From Rubrivivax sp. (lineage in GTDB: Bacteria > Pseudomonadota > Gammaproteobacteria > Burkholderiales > Burkholderiaceae_C): 64,000 nt of DNA. The notes beneath the pieces were generated by a model. That model was not told the DNA's origin. It saw nothing but the letters and a program-made list of their open reading frames with translations, and ran no database searches. Positions 32,284-42,632 of the stretch are shown in pieces. The stretch lies in the NCBI GenBank assembly GCA_016790425.1, contig JAEUPF010000095.1, positions 10,170 to 74,169 on the forward strand, written 5' to 3'. How positions within the stretch are numbered: position 1 is the first letter of the stretch; each line of letters starts with the position of its first letter. The position numbers were made by a program, and so were the translations under genes.

Positions 32284-32395
32284 GGCGCGCGCCGAACAAA
32301 CGGCCGCGCAACGCCAGCCGGCGGGTGTCCGGCGCCCGCCTCTACGGCCTCGGCGAGCATCGCCGGACCCGTCGCCAGCGCCCCCTTGTCGGGCC

Positions 32396-33025
32396 TCAGG
32401 CCAGCTGCCCGCTGATCGTCGCTGCCGCGGCGCGTGCCGCTTCGAGTTCGGCCGGCGTGTCGATGTCGACCAGCACGCCGGCGTCGGGCACTTCCTGCCC
32501 GAAGGCCGGGTAGCGGGCAACGATGCGCCGTGCGCCCTCGTCGCCTTGCAGCAGCACCAGTTCGGAGTACAGCTCCGAGGCGAAACCCACCGGATGCCCG
32601 CGCCGGCCGTGGTATTGCGCGTAGGCCACCGGGTGCTGCTCCAGCGCGTTGGCCACGGCCAGCAAGGTGCCCGGCTGCACGAGCGGCATGTCGCCGGGCA
32701 GCACCAGCCAGCCCGGCGCGCCGGACCGCTCGGCCACGCCGGCGGCGATGGAGTGGCCCATGCCGCGCGCCGCTTCTTCTTCGCTGAGGACGACGATGTC
32801 GCGCTGTGCCAGTTGCCCGGCCAGCAGCGGCGCCAGGGCAGCGGTCGTCACCACCACCACCGGCAACTGGCTTTGCACCGCGTTGCGCACGGTGGCGCCG
32901 AGCACGGTCGTGGTGCCGAAGGGCTGCTCGAGCTTGGCCCTCTTCGGCGCCGCTTCGGGCAATGCAGCGCCGAACCGGCTGCCACGGCCCGCAGCCACCA
33001 CGATGATGGATGGACGGAACCTCAT
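32396..33025 (-). CDS. MocA/MobA-like nucleotidyltransferase family protein
   Basis: AAGRGSRFG, GMGHSI, GDMP, GHPVGF, GDEGAR, DIDTP. Confidence 0.9.
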   Translation of the reverse strand: MRFRPSIIVVAAGRGSRFGAALPEAAPKRAKLEQPFGTTTVLGATVRNAVQSQLPVVVVTTAALAPLLAGQLAQRDIVVLSEEEAARGMGHSIAAGVAERSGAPGWLVLPGDMPLVQPGTLLAVANALEQHPVAYAQYHGRRGHPVGFASELYSELVLLQGDEGARRIVARYPAFGQEVPDAGVLVDIDTPAELEAARAAAATISGQLA

Positions 33026-33253
33026 GCCCCAACTGCATCGTGCCGGCTCGCTTGCGCCTGGCACGCCTGCCCCTTTTTCGGTCTTCGTCGAAGCAGAGAA
33101 TGCGGCGAGGCACGCAGCGCAGAAAGTGGGACGTGTACTTACGGCGTTCCACCTAAGGGAAGCACCGGGCCCGACGTCCAACACCCCGCGCACGGCTCGG
33201 GATTCAGCGCTGCCTGCGAGCGGTGACGTCCGCAGGGCCGTGCCTATACTGCC

Positions 33254-33325
33254 TCGATGATTGCCTCGATGACCCCATCGATGACCCCATCGATGACCCC
33301 GTCGATGACCCCATCGAGGACCGCC
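33254..33325 (+). repeat. 12-bp tandem repeat (TCGATGACCCCA) x~6
   Basis: Direct reading of the sequence. Confidence 0.95.
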
Positions 33326-33439
33326 TCGACGCGACCGCGGCTGCTGCGTTCCCGTTTCGCTGGGGGATCGGCCCCCCTAACCTGTCGGCAAGACCTGCCG
33401 AGCCGTTTCGCCGCCGCTGCCGCGGCCTCACCGCAATGA
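33257..33439 (+). CDS. Candidate 60-aa leaderless upstream ORF coupled to pdxH
   Basis: TATACT at 33245-33250, 6 nt before ATG; TGA overlaps the pdxH ATG (ATGA). Confidence 0.45.
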   Translation: MIASMTPSMTPSMTPSMTPSRTASTRPRLLRSRFAGGSAPLTCRQDLPSRFAAAAAASPQ

Positions 33440-34077
33440 CCCCGCCCGACATCGCGCACGAGCGCAAGAGCTACGAGCGCGGCGAACTCGACGAGGATGC
33501 CGCCGCCAATGAACCGCTGGCGCAGTTCCGGCAGTGGCTGGACGAAGCCTTCGCCGCCAAGGTGCCCGAGCCGACCGCGATGACGCTGGCCACCGTCGGC
33601 GCCGACGGCCGCCCGTCGACGCGCATCGTGCTGGCCAAGGGCATCGACGAGCGCGGCATCGTCTGGTACACGAACTACGAAAGCCGCAAGGGGACCGAGC
33701 TCGCCACGCATCCGTTTGCGGCGCTGCAGTTCCACTGGGTCGAGCAGGAACGCGTGGTGCGCATCGAAGGGGGCGTCGCGAAGACCAGCGGCGAGGAAAG
33801 CGACGCCTACTACGCCAGCCGCCCGCTCGACTCGCGCCTGGGCGCCTGGGCCTCGCCGCAAAGCCGCGTCATCGCCTCGCGCGCGCTGCTGGTGGCCGAA
33901 GCGGCCAAGGCCGCGGCCCGGCACGGCTTCTCGCCGCCGCGCCCGTCGCACTGGGGCGGCTACCGGCTGGCACCCGAACGCTGGGAGTTCTGGCAGGGGC
34001 GCAAGAGCCGGCTGCACGACCGGCTCGTCTATCGCCGGCACGAAGGGCACTGGCTGCGCGAGCGGCTGGCGCCCTGA
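33436..34077 (+). CDS. pdxH: Pyridoxamine 5'-phosphate oxidase
   Basis: [47 protein letters not shown]. Confidence 0.97.
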   Translation: MTPPDIAHERKSYERGELDEDAAANEPLAQFRQWLDEAFAAKVPEPTAMTLATVGADGRPSTRIVLAKGIDERGIVWYTNYESRKGTELATHPFAALQFHWVEQERVVRIEGGVAKTSGEESDAYYASRPLDSRLGAWASPQSRVIASRALLVAEAAKAAARHGFSPPRPSHWGGYRLAPERWEFWQGRKSRLHDRLVYRRHEGHWLRERLAP

Positions 34078-34115
34078 GCGGCGCCGGGGCCCCGCGGCGC
34101 CGCCGCCGCAGCCCG

Positions 34116-35426
34116 CTAGCGGCGCGGCGCCGCGTGCGGCTGCCTCCCGCCCCGCCGCCGCGCGCGCGGCGGCACGGCGATCTCCACGCCCGCCTCGTTC
34201 AGCGTGCGCAGCACCGCCAGGTTGACGCGGCTCTTCAGGTCGCCGGGGCCCTTGTCGGCATCGCCGAGCCAGAAGCCGATCGTCAGCTCCAGGCCGTCGC
34301 GCGTGAACTCGGTCAGGCCGGCGCCCGGCCCGGGGTCGGCCAGCACGCCCGGCACCGCGGCCACTGCCCGTGCGAGGCGCGGCAGCAGCGCCTCGACGTC
34401 GGTGCCGTAGGCCACCTGCACCACGGTGTGCAGCGCCACTTTGGTGTCGGCCAGCGAGCTGTTCTCCACCCGCTGCGTGATCATCATCTCGTTGGGGACG
34501 ATCGACTCGCGGCCGTTGAGCGCGCGGATGACGGTGTAGCGGGTGCTGATGTCGGTGATGCGGCCCTCGAAGCCGTCGACCTTCACCATGTCGCCGATGC
34601 GCATCGCGCGCTCGGCGAGGATGACGAAGCCGCTGATGTAGTTGGCCGCCAGCTTCTGCAGCCCGAAGCCGATGCCCACGCCGAGCGCGCCGCCCAGCAC
34701 GCTGAGCGCCGTGAGGTCGATGCCGGCCGCCGACAGCGCGAACATCAGGCCCACGAACACCAGCACTGCGCGCAGTGCGTTGGCGGCCATCTTGCGCACG
34801 CCCAGGTTGAGCGTCGTGCCGCGCAGCAACCGCGCCTCGATGGCCGCGCTCAGCCACAGCGTCAGCACCAGCACCGCCACCGCGGCGACGGCACCTTCGA
34901 TCATGTTGCGCACCGAGATCGTGGTGGTGCCGAACTTCCACTTGACGCCGTCGAGCTCGGCCAGCAGCAGCGGCAGCACGCCGGTGAGCCACAGCACCAG
35001 CGCGATCCAGGCCACCCACGAGACGCTGCGCTCGACCACGCGCATCACCGCCGAACGCGGGAACGAGCGGCGCAGCACGCGCACGGTGAGGCGAATGACG
35101 GCCAGCGACATCAGCACCGGCACGACGAGCCTGAACACCGCCACCGGGAAGTCCGGCGTGAAGAGCACGAGGGCCCAGCGCGTCACCATCGCCGCGGCCA
35201 GCGCCAGCACCGGGAACAGCACGCCGTCGACGATGCGCTCGCCGAACCACACCGAATCGGGGCTGGGTCCGTTGCCGCCCGCGGCGCGGGCGCGCAGCCG
35301 CCGCACCACCGCGTAGGCCAGCAGCACGCAGCCGAGGAAGGCGGCCAGTTCCACCAGCGCGGCGGGCCGCGCCAGCGCGGCCAACCACGCGAGCAGGTCG
35401 GCCGTGGACTCGGCGCGCGGCGTCAT
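34116..35426 (-). CDS. MscS family mechanosensitive channel
   Basis: GALGVGIGFGLQKLAANYISG, GDMV, VPNE, VAYGTD. Confidence 0.92.
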   Translation of the reverse strand: MTPRAESTADLLAWLAALARPAALVELAAFLGCVLLAYAVVRRLRARAAGGNGPSPDSVWFGERIVDGVLFPVLALAAAMVTRWALVLFTPDFPVAVFRLVVPVLMSLAVIRLTVRVLRRSFPRSAVMRVVERSVSWVAWIALVLWLTGVLPLLLAELDGVKWKFGTTTISVRNMIEGAVAAVAVLVLTLWLSAAIEARLLRGTTLNLGVRKMAANALRAVLVFVGLMFALSAAGIDLTALSVLGGALGVGIGFGLQKLAANYISGFVILAERAMRIGDMVKVDGFEGRITDISTRYTVIRALNGRESIVPNEMMITQRVENSSLADTKVALHTVVQVAYGTDVEALLPRLARAVAAVPGVLADPGPGAGLTEFTRDGLELTIGFWLGDADKGPGDLKSRVNLAVLRTLNEAGVEIAVPPRARRRGGRQPHAAPRR

Positions 35427-36355
35427 CCGGCCAGCACGCGCAGGTGCGCGGCCACGCTGCGCGCCAGTGCCCCGAGGTGGTAGCCGCCCTCGAGGCAGGA
35501 AACGATGCGCCCGTTCGCGTGCCGGTCGGCCACCTCGACGAGCCGCTCGGTGAGCCAGGCGTAGTCGGCTTCCACCAGGCCCATCTGCCCGAGGTCGTCT
35601 TCGCGGTGGGCGTCGAAGCCGGCCGAGACGAAGACCATCTGCGGCTCGAACGCCTCCAGCGCCGGCAGCCACTGCTGCTCCACCGCCTGCCGCATCGCCG
35701 GCCCGCGCGTGTACGGCGGCAGCGGCACGTTGACCATGTTGGTGCCCTTGGGCACCGCGCCGCTGTAGGGGTACAGCGGGTGCTGGAAGAAGCTGACCAT
35801 CAGCACGCGCTCGTCGCCGGCGATGATGTCCTCGGTGCCGTTGCCGTGGTGGACGTCGAAGTCGGCGATGGCCACGCGCGCCAGGCCGTGCACGTCCAGC
35901 GCATGGCGCGCCGCCACGGCGACGTTGTTGAAGAAGCAGAAGCCCATCGCCTCGTCGCGCGTGGCGTGGTGGCCGGGCGGGCGCACGGCGCAGAAGGCGC
36001 GCCCGGCGCGGCCGGCGATCACCTCGTCGGTGGCGGCGACGGCTGCGCCGGCGGCGTGCAGCGCGGCGTCCAGCGTCTGCGGGCAGGCGACGGTGTCGGG
36101 GTCGAGGTAGCGCGATTCGCCGCTGCCGCGCACCTGCTCCAGCACGTCGGTGATGCGCGCCACATAACCGGCGGCGTGCGCACGCTCCAGTTGCTCGGGC
36201 CGGGCGCGCGGCGCCTCGTGGAACTGCAATGCGATGTCCAGCCCCGTGGCGCGCAGGTGGTCGGTGATCGCGTCCAGCCGCGCCGGGCACTCCGGATGTC
36301 CCTCGCCCATGTCGTGCCGGCGGCAGGCCGGATGGCTGTAGAAGGCGGTGTTCAT
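35423..36355 (-). CDS. Histone deacetylase family protein
   Basis: HPECPARL, RPPGHHA, GFCFFNN, DFDVHHGNGT, SAGFDAH, LEGGY. Confidence 0.95.
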   Translation of the reverse strand: MNTAFYSHPACRRHDMGEGHPECPARLDAITDHLRATGLDIALQFHEAPRARPEQLERAHAAGYVARITDVLEQVRGSGESRYLDPDTVACPQTLDAALHAAGAAVAATDEVIAGRAGRAFCAVRPPGHHATRDEAMGFCFFNNVAVAARHALDVHGLARVAIADFDVHHGNGTEDIIAGDERVLMVSFFQHPLYPYSGAVPKGTNMVNVPLPPYTRGPAMRQAVEQQWLPALEAFEPQMVFVSAGFDAHREDDLGQMGLVEADYAWLTERLVEVADRHANGRIVSCLEGGYHLGALARSVAAHLRVLAG

Positions 36356-36404
36356 TGACGCATGCAAACGGATCGCAACAGGGGTTTTCGGGTATGGTCT
36401 GCCG

Positions 36405-37454
<1,050 letters not shown>

Positions 37455-37534
37455 AGCGGCCGAGAGGGCCGAGAGGGTCCACGGGTCGAACACAGGGTCG
37501 AAGGGCGACACGAGACCGACGCGGCTGGAGCGCG

Positions 37535-38551
37535 ATGAACACCGCCGCCATCCCGCAACGCGCGCGCACCGGCGCCGGCGCGGCCGCGTGGCTCAAGCGC
37601 TGGGCACCGGCCGAGCAGTTCCGGCGCTGGTGGCAGGCGCGGCTGCCGCTCACCGACACCTGGACGCTGGGCCAGCGGAACATCTACATCCTGCCCACGC
37701 GCGCGGGGTTCGTGTTTGCGCTCACTTTGATCGTCATGCTGCTGGCGGCGATCAACTACCAGCTCAACCTCGGGCACGCGCTGACGTTCGCGCTGGCCGG
37801 CGCCGGCATCGTCTCGATGCACCTGACGCACGGCAACCTGCGTGTGCTGACGCTGCACCTGCGGCCGCCCACCAGCGTCTTCGCCGGCGAGCCGGCGCCG
37901 CTGGAAGTGGTGCTGACGAACCCCGGCCGCACGCGCCACGGCCTGGCGCTGCGCTTCGAGGACGCCGCGCGCGCCGGCATTGCCTGGTGCGACGTGGCCG
38001 CCGGCGGCCAGCAGGCCACGCACCTGGCGCTGGTGCCGGCCACGCGCGGCTGGCACGCCGTGCCCACGCTCGTCGTCGAAACGGTGTTCCCGTTCGGCCT
38101 GTTCCGCGCCTGGACCGTGTGGCGGCCCGCGGGCCGCGTGCTCGCCTGGCCGCGGCCCGAGGAGGGCGCGCCGCCGCCGCCGGCCAGCACCGCGGTGCCC
38201 GGGCAGGAAACGCAGCGCAAGCGCGCTGCCGACGGCGGCGAGTTCGAGGGCGTGCGACCGTGGAAGCGCGGCGACACGATGCGTCAGGTGGTCTGGAAGA
38301 AGGTGGCGCGCAGCAACGAGCTGGTGAGCCGCGAAACCGCCGGCAGCGGCCGCCAGGAAGTGTGGCTCGACTGGGACACCGTCGGCGTCGCCGGCACCGA
38401 GGCGCGCCTGTCGCGGCTGGCCGCCTGGGTGCTGGCGGCGGACCGCACCGGCGTGCCCTATGGCCTGCGCCTGCCGGGCACCACGCTGGCGCCTGCCGCC
38501 GGCGCCGCGCAACGCCTGGCGGCGCTGGACGCGCTGGCGCTGTGGCAGTGA
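37535..38551 (+). CDS. DUF58 domain protein
   Basis: IYILPT, INYQLNLG, FPFGLF, EFEGVRPWKRGD..RQVVWK; follows MoxR. Confidence 0.9.
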   Translation: MNTAAIPQRARTGAGAAAWLKRWAPAEQFRRWWQARLPLTDTWTLGQRNIYILPTRAGFVFALTLIVMLLAAINYQLNLGHALTFALAGAGIVSMHLTHGNLRVLTLHLRPPTSVFAGEPAPLEVVLTNPGRTRHGLALRFEDAARAGIAWCDVAAGGQQATHLALVPATRGWHAVPTLVVETVFPFGLFRAWTVWRPAGRVLAWPRPEEGAPPPPASTAVPGQETQRKRAADGGEFEGVRPWKRGDTMRQVVWKKVARSNELVSRETAGSGRQEVWLDWDTVGVAGTEARLSRLAAWVLAADRTGVPYGLRLPGTTLAPAAGAAQRLAALDALALWQ

Positions 38552-40677
38552 AGCGGCCGGGCAGGGAGGCCGTGAAGGCCGTGGCAGCGCCGGGCACCGT
38601 GGCATCGGCCGCAGGCGCCACCGCCTCGGCGCGCCCGCGGCTGCCGGCGCGCCTGCGCGCCGCGTTCGATCGCGCCCCGCGCGACACGCGCGACACGCTG
38701 TTGCTGCTGGCCGTGATCGCCTTCACCACGGCACCGCACCTGGCGCACCTGCCGCCGTGGTGCAGCGCGCTCACGGCCGGTGTGCTCGCCTGGCGCGCCA
38801 CCATCGCCCTCGGCAACCGCGCGCTGCCCGGCCGCTGGGCGATGTGGGTGCTGCTGCTGCTGACCGGCGGCCTGACGCTGTGGACCGAGCGCACGCTGCT
38901 CGGCCGCGAGGCCGGCGTCACGATGCTGGTGGCGCTGCTGGCGCTGAAGACGCTGGAACTGCGCGCGCGCCGCGACGCGCTGGTCGTCTTCTTCCTCGGC
39001 TTCTTCCTGCTGCTGACGCAGTTCCTGTACTCGCAGTCGCTGCTCACGGGGCTGTGGATGCTGCTGGCGCTGTGGGGCCTCTTGTCAGCGCTGGTGCTGG
39101 CGCACATGCCCGTGGGGCGGCCGACGCTTCGCCAGGCGGCGGCGGTGGCGGCGCGCGCCACGGCCCTGGGGCTGCCGCTGATGGCGCTGTTGTTCGCGCT
39201 CTTCCCGCGCATCGGGCCGCTGTGGGGGCTGCCGCAGGACGCCGCCGGCAAGACGGGCCTGTCGGGCACGCTGCGCCTGGGCGGCGTGGCCGAACTCGCC
39301 AACGACGACGCGATCGCCTTTCGCCTGCGCTTCTTCGGGCCGCGGCCGCTCGACCGGCAGCTGTACTTCCGCGGCCCGGTGCTCGCCACCACCGACGGCC
39401 GCGAGTGGACGCGGCTGGTGCCCACCGTCGCGCCGGCGCAGCGCACGCGCGCCGAGCTGCAGACGCGCGGCGAGCCGCTGCGCTACGAGATGACGATCGA
39501 GCCGGGCCGGCTGTCGGTGTTGCCGCTGCTGGAGACGACGCCCGAGCAGCCGGGCAGCGCACCGCAGCTCGAAGGCTGGCTGTTCAACCTTCGGCCCGAC
39601 CTGCAATGGCAGGCCGACCGGCCGCTGGCCGAACGCATCCGCATCGAAGCCAGTGCCTGGCTCGACTTCCGTCATGGGCCGCGCGAGCCGGGGCCGGGGC
39701 TCGCAGACTTCATGCGCCTGCCGCCGAACGCGCACCCGCGGCTGCGCGCCTGGGCCGCGGCGCTGCGCCAGCAGGCCGAGTTGCAGCGCGCCGACGCGGC
39801 GGCGCTTTCGCAGGCCGTTCTGCAGCACATCCGCAACGGCGGCTTCACCTACACGCTGGAGCCCGGCAGCTACGAAGGCACCGACGCGATCGACGCCTTC
39901 TGGTTCGACCGCAAGCTCGGCTTCTGCGAGCACTTCGCCGCCGCCTACGTGGTGGCGATGCGCGCGCTGGATGTTCCGGCGCGCATCGTCACGGGCTACC
40001 AAGGCATGGACGGTGCGCCGCAAGACGGCTACTGGATCGTGCGCCAGAGCAACGCGCACGCGTGGGCCGAATACTGGACAGCCGGCAGCGGCTGGGTGCG
40101 CGTCGACCCCACCGCCGCGGTCTCGCCCGAGCGCGTCCAGGCCGGCCGCAGCCTCGCGCCGGCGCAGGGACTCGTGGCCGGGGCCCTGTACAGCCTCGAC
40201 CCGGCACTGGCGGCCAGCCTGCGCGACGCCTGGGAGGCGATGAACAACCGCTGGAACCAGTGGGTGCTGAACTACTCGCGCTCGCAGCAGTTCGACCTGA
40301 TGCGCTCGCTGGGCTTCGGCACGCCGAGCTGGCAGGACCTGGCCACGCTGATGATCGGCACGCTGTGCGGGCTGGCGCTCGCCGGCGCGGCCTGGGCCTG
40401 GTGGGACCGGCACCGGCAGGATCCCTGGCTGCGCCTGGCGCGGCGCGTGGCCGAGCGGCTGCAACGCCTGGGCGTGCCGGTGCTGCCGCACGAGCCGCCG
40501 CGAACGCGCGCCCAGCGCGTGCGCCAGCGCCTGGGCGCGGGCGGCGAGGCGCTGGCGCGCGAACTCGAGGCGCTGGACCGCCTGCGCTACGCCGAGGCCA
40601 CCGCAGCGCGCACCGTGCGGCGCACGTGGTGGCCCGGATTCGCCGCGACGGCGAAACGCACGCTGCGCGCGGCGTGA
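38548..40677 (+). CDS. TgpA-like membrane transglutaminase (DUF3488 + transglutaminase core)
   Basis: N-terminal TM segments; GFCEHFA...AHAWAEYW...WVRVDPT Cys-His-Asp triad. Confidence 0.92.
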   Translation: MKRPGREAVKAVAAPGTVASAAGATASARPRLPARLRAAFDRAPRDTRDTLLLLAVIAFTTAPHLAHLPPWCSALTAGVLAWRATIALGNRALPGRWAMWVLLLLTGGLTLWTERTLLGREAGVTMLVALLALKTLELRARRDALVVFFLGFFLLLTQFLYSQSLLTGLWMLLALWGLLSALVLAHMPVGRPTLRQAAAVAARATALGLPLMALLFALFPRIGPLWGLPQDAAGKTGLSGTLRLGGVAELANDDAIAFRLRFFGPRPLDRQLYFRGPVLATTDGREWTRLVPTVAPAQRTRAELQTRGEPLRYEMTIEPGRLSVLPLLETTPEQPGSAPQLEGWLFNLRPDLQWQADRPLAERIRIEASAWLDFRHGPREPGPGLADFMRLPPNAHPRLRAWAAALRQQAELQRADAAALSQAVLQHIRNGGFTYTLEPGSYEGTDAIDAFWFDRKLGFCEHFAAAYVVAMRALDVPARIVTGYQGMDGAPQDGYWIVRQSNAHAWAEYWTAGSGWVRVDPTAAVSPERVQAGRSLAPAQGLVAGALYSLDPALAASLRDAWEAMNNRWNQWVLNYSRSQQFDLMRSLGFGTPSWQDLATLMIGTLCGLALAGAAWAWWDRHRQDPWLRLARRVAERLQRLGVPVLPHEPPRTRAQRVRQRLGAGGEALARELEALDRLRYAEATAARTVRRTWWPGFAATAKRTLRAA

Positions 40678-40707
40678 GCGTGAGCGGCGCCGGCGACAAT
40701 CGCCGCC

Positions 40708-41844
40708 GTGAATCACCGCGCCGCTGTTCCGCCCGCGCCGCACGAGTGCGGCGGCCGGCGCAGCTTCTGCACCCGCGCCGCGGCGCTGGGCAGCAGCGCG
40801 GCGCTGTTCGGCCTCGCCGGGCTCGGCGCTCCTCGCGTCGCCACCGCCGGCGCCGCGCGCAGGCGCTCTGCCGATGCCGGGGCGCGCTACGCCGGCCACA
40901 CGGGTGCCGCTGCTTTCGCCGCCGAGGTGGCCGAGCGACGCGAGCTGCCTTCGCGCTGGCTGCTCGGCCGCCTGGCCGAGGCGCGCCGCAGCGACTCGGT
41001 GCGCCGCCTCGTGATGCCGCCGCCCGCGGGCACGGCGAAGAACTGGCGCGCCTACCGCGACCGCTTCATCGAGCGTGAACGCGTCGCCGCGGGCCTGGCC
41101 TTCTGGCGCGCGCACGAGCGCTGGCTCGGCGCCGCCCAGGCGCGCTACGGCGTGCCGCCCGAAGTGGTGCTGGGCATCGTCGGCGTGGAGACGTTCTACG
41201 GCCGCATCATGGGCAGCTTCCGCGTCATCGACGCGCTGGCGACGCTCACCCTCGACTTCCCCACGGGCCGGCGCGACCGCAGCGGCTTCTTCCGCAGCGA
41301 GCTCGAGGAGTTCTTCGTCTGGTGCGCGCGCGAAGGCGTGGACCCGGTGGCGCCGCTGGGCTCTTTCGCCGGCGCGATGGGACTGCCGCAGTTCATGCCG
41401 AGCAGCCTCAACCGCTACGCCGTCGACCTCGACGGCGACGGACGCACCGACCTCACGGGCAGCGGTGCCGACGTGGCCGGCAGCGTGGCGCGCTACCTCG
41501 CCGACTTCGGCTGGAAGGCCGGCATGCCGACGCACTTCGCGGCGACGCCGCCCGCCGACGCCGAAGCACTCGCGCTGCTGCGCGGCCGCGACATCGTGCC
41601 GTCGTTCAGCGCCAGCGAATTGCGCGGGCACGGCGTCGGCCTCGACGACGAAGCACAGGCGCACGCCGGGCCGCTGGCCTTCGTCGAACTGGAAAACGGC
41701 GCCCTGCCGCCGAGCCACTTCGCCGGCACGGCCAACTTCTACGTCATCACGCGCTACAACTGGTCGAGCTACTACGCGATGGCGGTGATCGAGCTGGCGC
41801 AGGCGCTGAAGGCCGCCATGGCGGCGGCACCGACGAGGGCGTGA
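40708..41844 (+). CDS. mltB: Lytic murein transglycosylase B
   Basis: GVETFYG, GSFAGAMGLPQFMPSS, DLDGDG, ITRYNWSSYYA; RRSF Tat-like signal. Confidence 0.92.
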   Translation: MNHRAAVPPAPHECGGRRSFCTRAAALGSSAALFGLAGLGAPRVATAGAARRRSADAGARYAGHTGAAAFAAEVAERRELPSRWLLGRLAEARRSDSVRRLVMPPPAGTAKNWRAYRDRFIERERVAAGLAFWRAHERWLGAAQARYGVPPEVVLGIVGVETFYGRIMGSFRVIDALATLTLDFPTGRRDRSGFFRSELEEFFVWCAREGVDPVAPLGSFAGAMGLPQFMPSSLNRYAVDLDGDGRTDLTGSGADVAGSVARYLADFGWKAGMPTHFAATPPADAEALALLRGRDIVPSFSASELRGHGVGLDDEAQAHAGPLAFVELENGALPPSHFAGTANFYVITRYNWSSYYAMAVIELAQALKAAMAAAPTRA

Positions 41845-41938
41845 GCAGGCGCTCGCCGGCGGCCCGGGATCGGCTCGCGCGGCGCGATCGCCGGCCGCGC
41901 CGCCCGCGCCGCCAGCGCCGTCAGCGCCGCCAGCGCCG

Positions 41939-42553
41939 TCAGCGCGACCGGTAGCCGCGCCGCTCCATGCACTCGCTCATCGCGCTGCGAAAGCGCTGCT
42001 GCTCTTCGCGCGTCATCTCGTCGGGCGGTGAGTCGCGGCGCGATCTCGACTCGCGCGCTTCGCGGGCCTCGCGTTCAGCCCGTTCGGCCCGCTCGGCCTG
42101 CGCGCGCGCATCGCCCGCTGCCGCGCCCACCGCGGCGCCCAGCAGGGCGCCGATGACCATGCCGGCGCCGGCGTTGCGCGGCGAGCCGACGATGCCGCCG
42201 GCCACCGCCCCCACCGCGGCACCCGCGGCCACCTCGGCACCGGGCGGGGCCGACGGTGACGAAGCGCGCTCCTGCAGCGGCGCATAACCGCCGGGATCGA
42301 TGCCGGTTTCGCGCACCGCCGTGCGATAGCACTCGTAGCGGTCGCGGTCGTAGCTGCCCTCGCTGTGCCGGTAGCCGGCCACCGGAACGAACCAGATCGG
42401 GAACGGCACCCACACGCGAACACGCGGATACACATGCCGGGGCGGCGCGACGACGCAGCCGGCCAGCAGCACGGCCACCAGCCCCGCGGTGCCAAGCCGG
42501 ACGATGGACGAGACACGGATGCGGGCAGCCCCGCGCAGGGTTTCGCTGTTCAT
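41939..42553 (-). CDS. Glycine-zipper lipoprotein
   Basis: Lipobox LLAG-C; DRDRYECY; GAAVGAVAGG/GALLGAAVG zipper; AMSECMERRGY. Confidence 0.8.
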   Translation of the reverse strand: MNSETLRGAARIRVSSIVRLGTAGLVAVLLAGCVVAPPRHVYPRVRVWVPFPIWFVPVAGYRHSEGSYDRDRYECYRTAVRETGIDPGGYAPLQERASSPSAPPGAEVAAGAAVGAVAGGIVGSPRNAGAGMVIGALLGAAVGAAAGDARAQAERAERAEREAREARESRSRRDSPPDEMTREEQQRFRSAMSECMERRGYRSR

Positions 42554-42632
42554 CGCGCCCGAACGAGACGCCCCCGGGGGCCGTTGACGCCACCCAGGTA
42601 AAGCTTGGCAAAGGATGGGTGGGGAACGCGAC

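Noticed and set aside
33026..33245. 6S RNA, SRP RNA or Moco riboswitch
   Set aside because: Hallmark motifs (e.g. the SRP TCAGG...GGAA...AGCAG loop) were not found; kept only as an unclassified hairpin
33223..33435. N-terminal extension of PdxH (DDPI repeats)
   Set aside because: Its start lies upstream of the TATACT -10, and PdxH homology begins near 33436; not fully excluded
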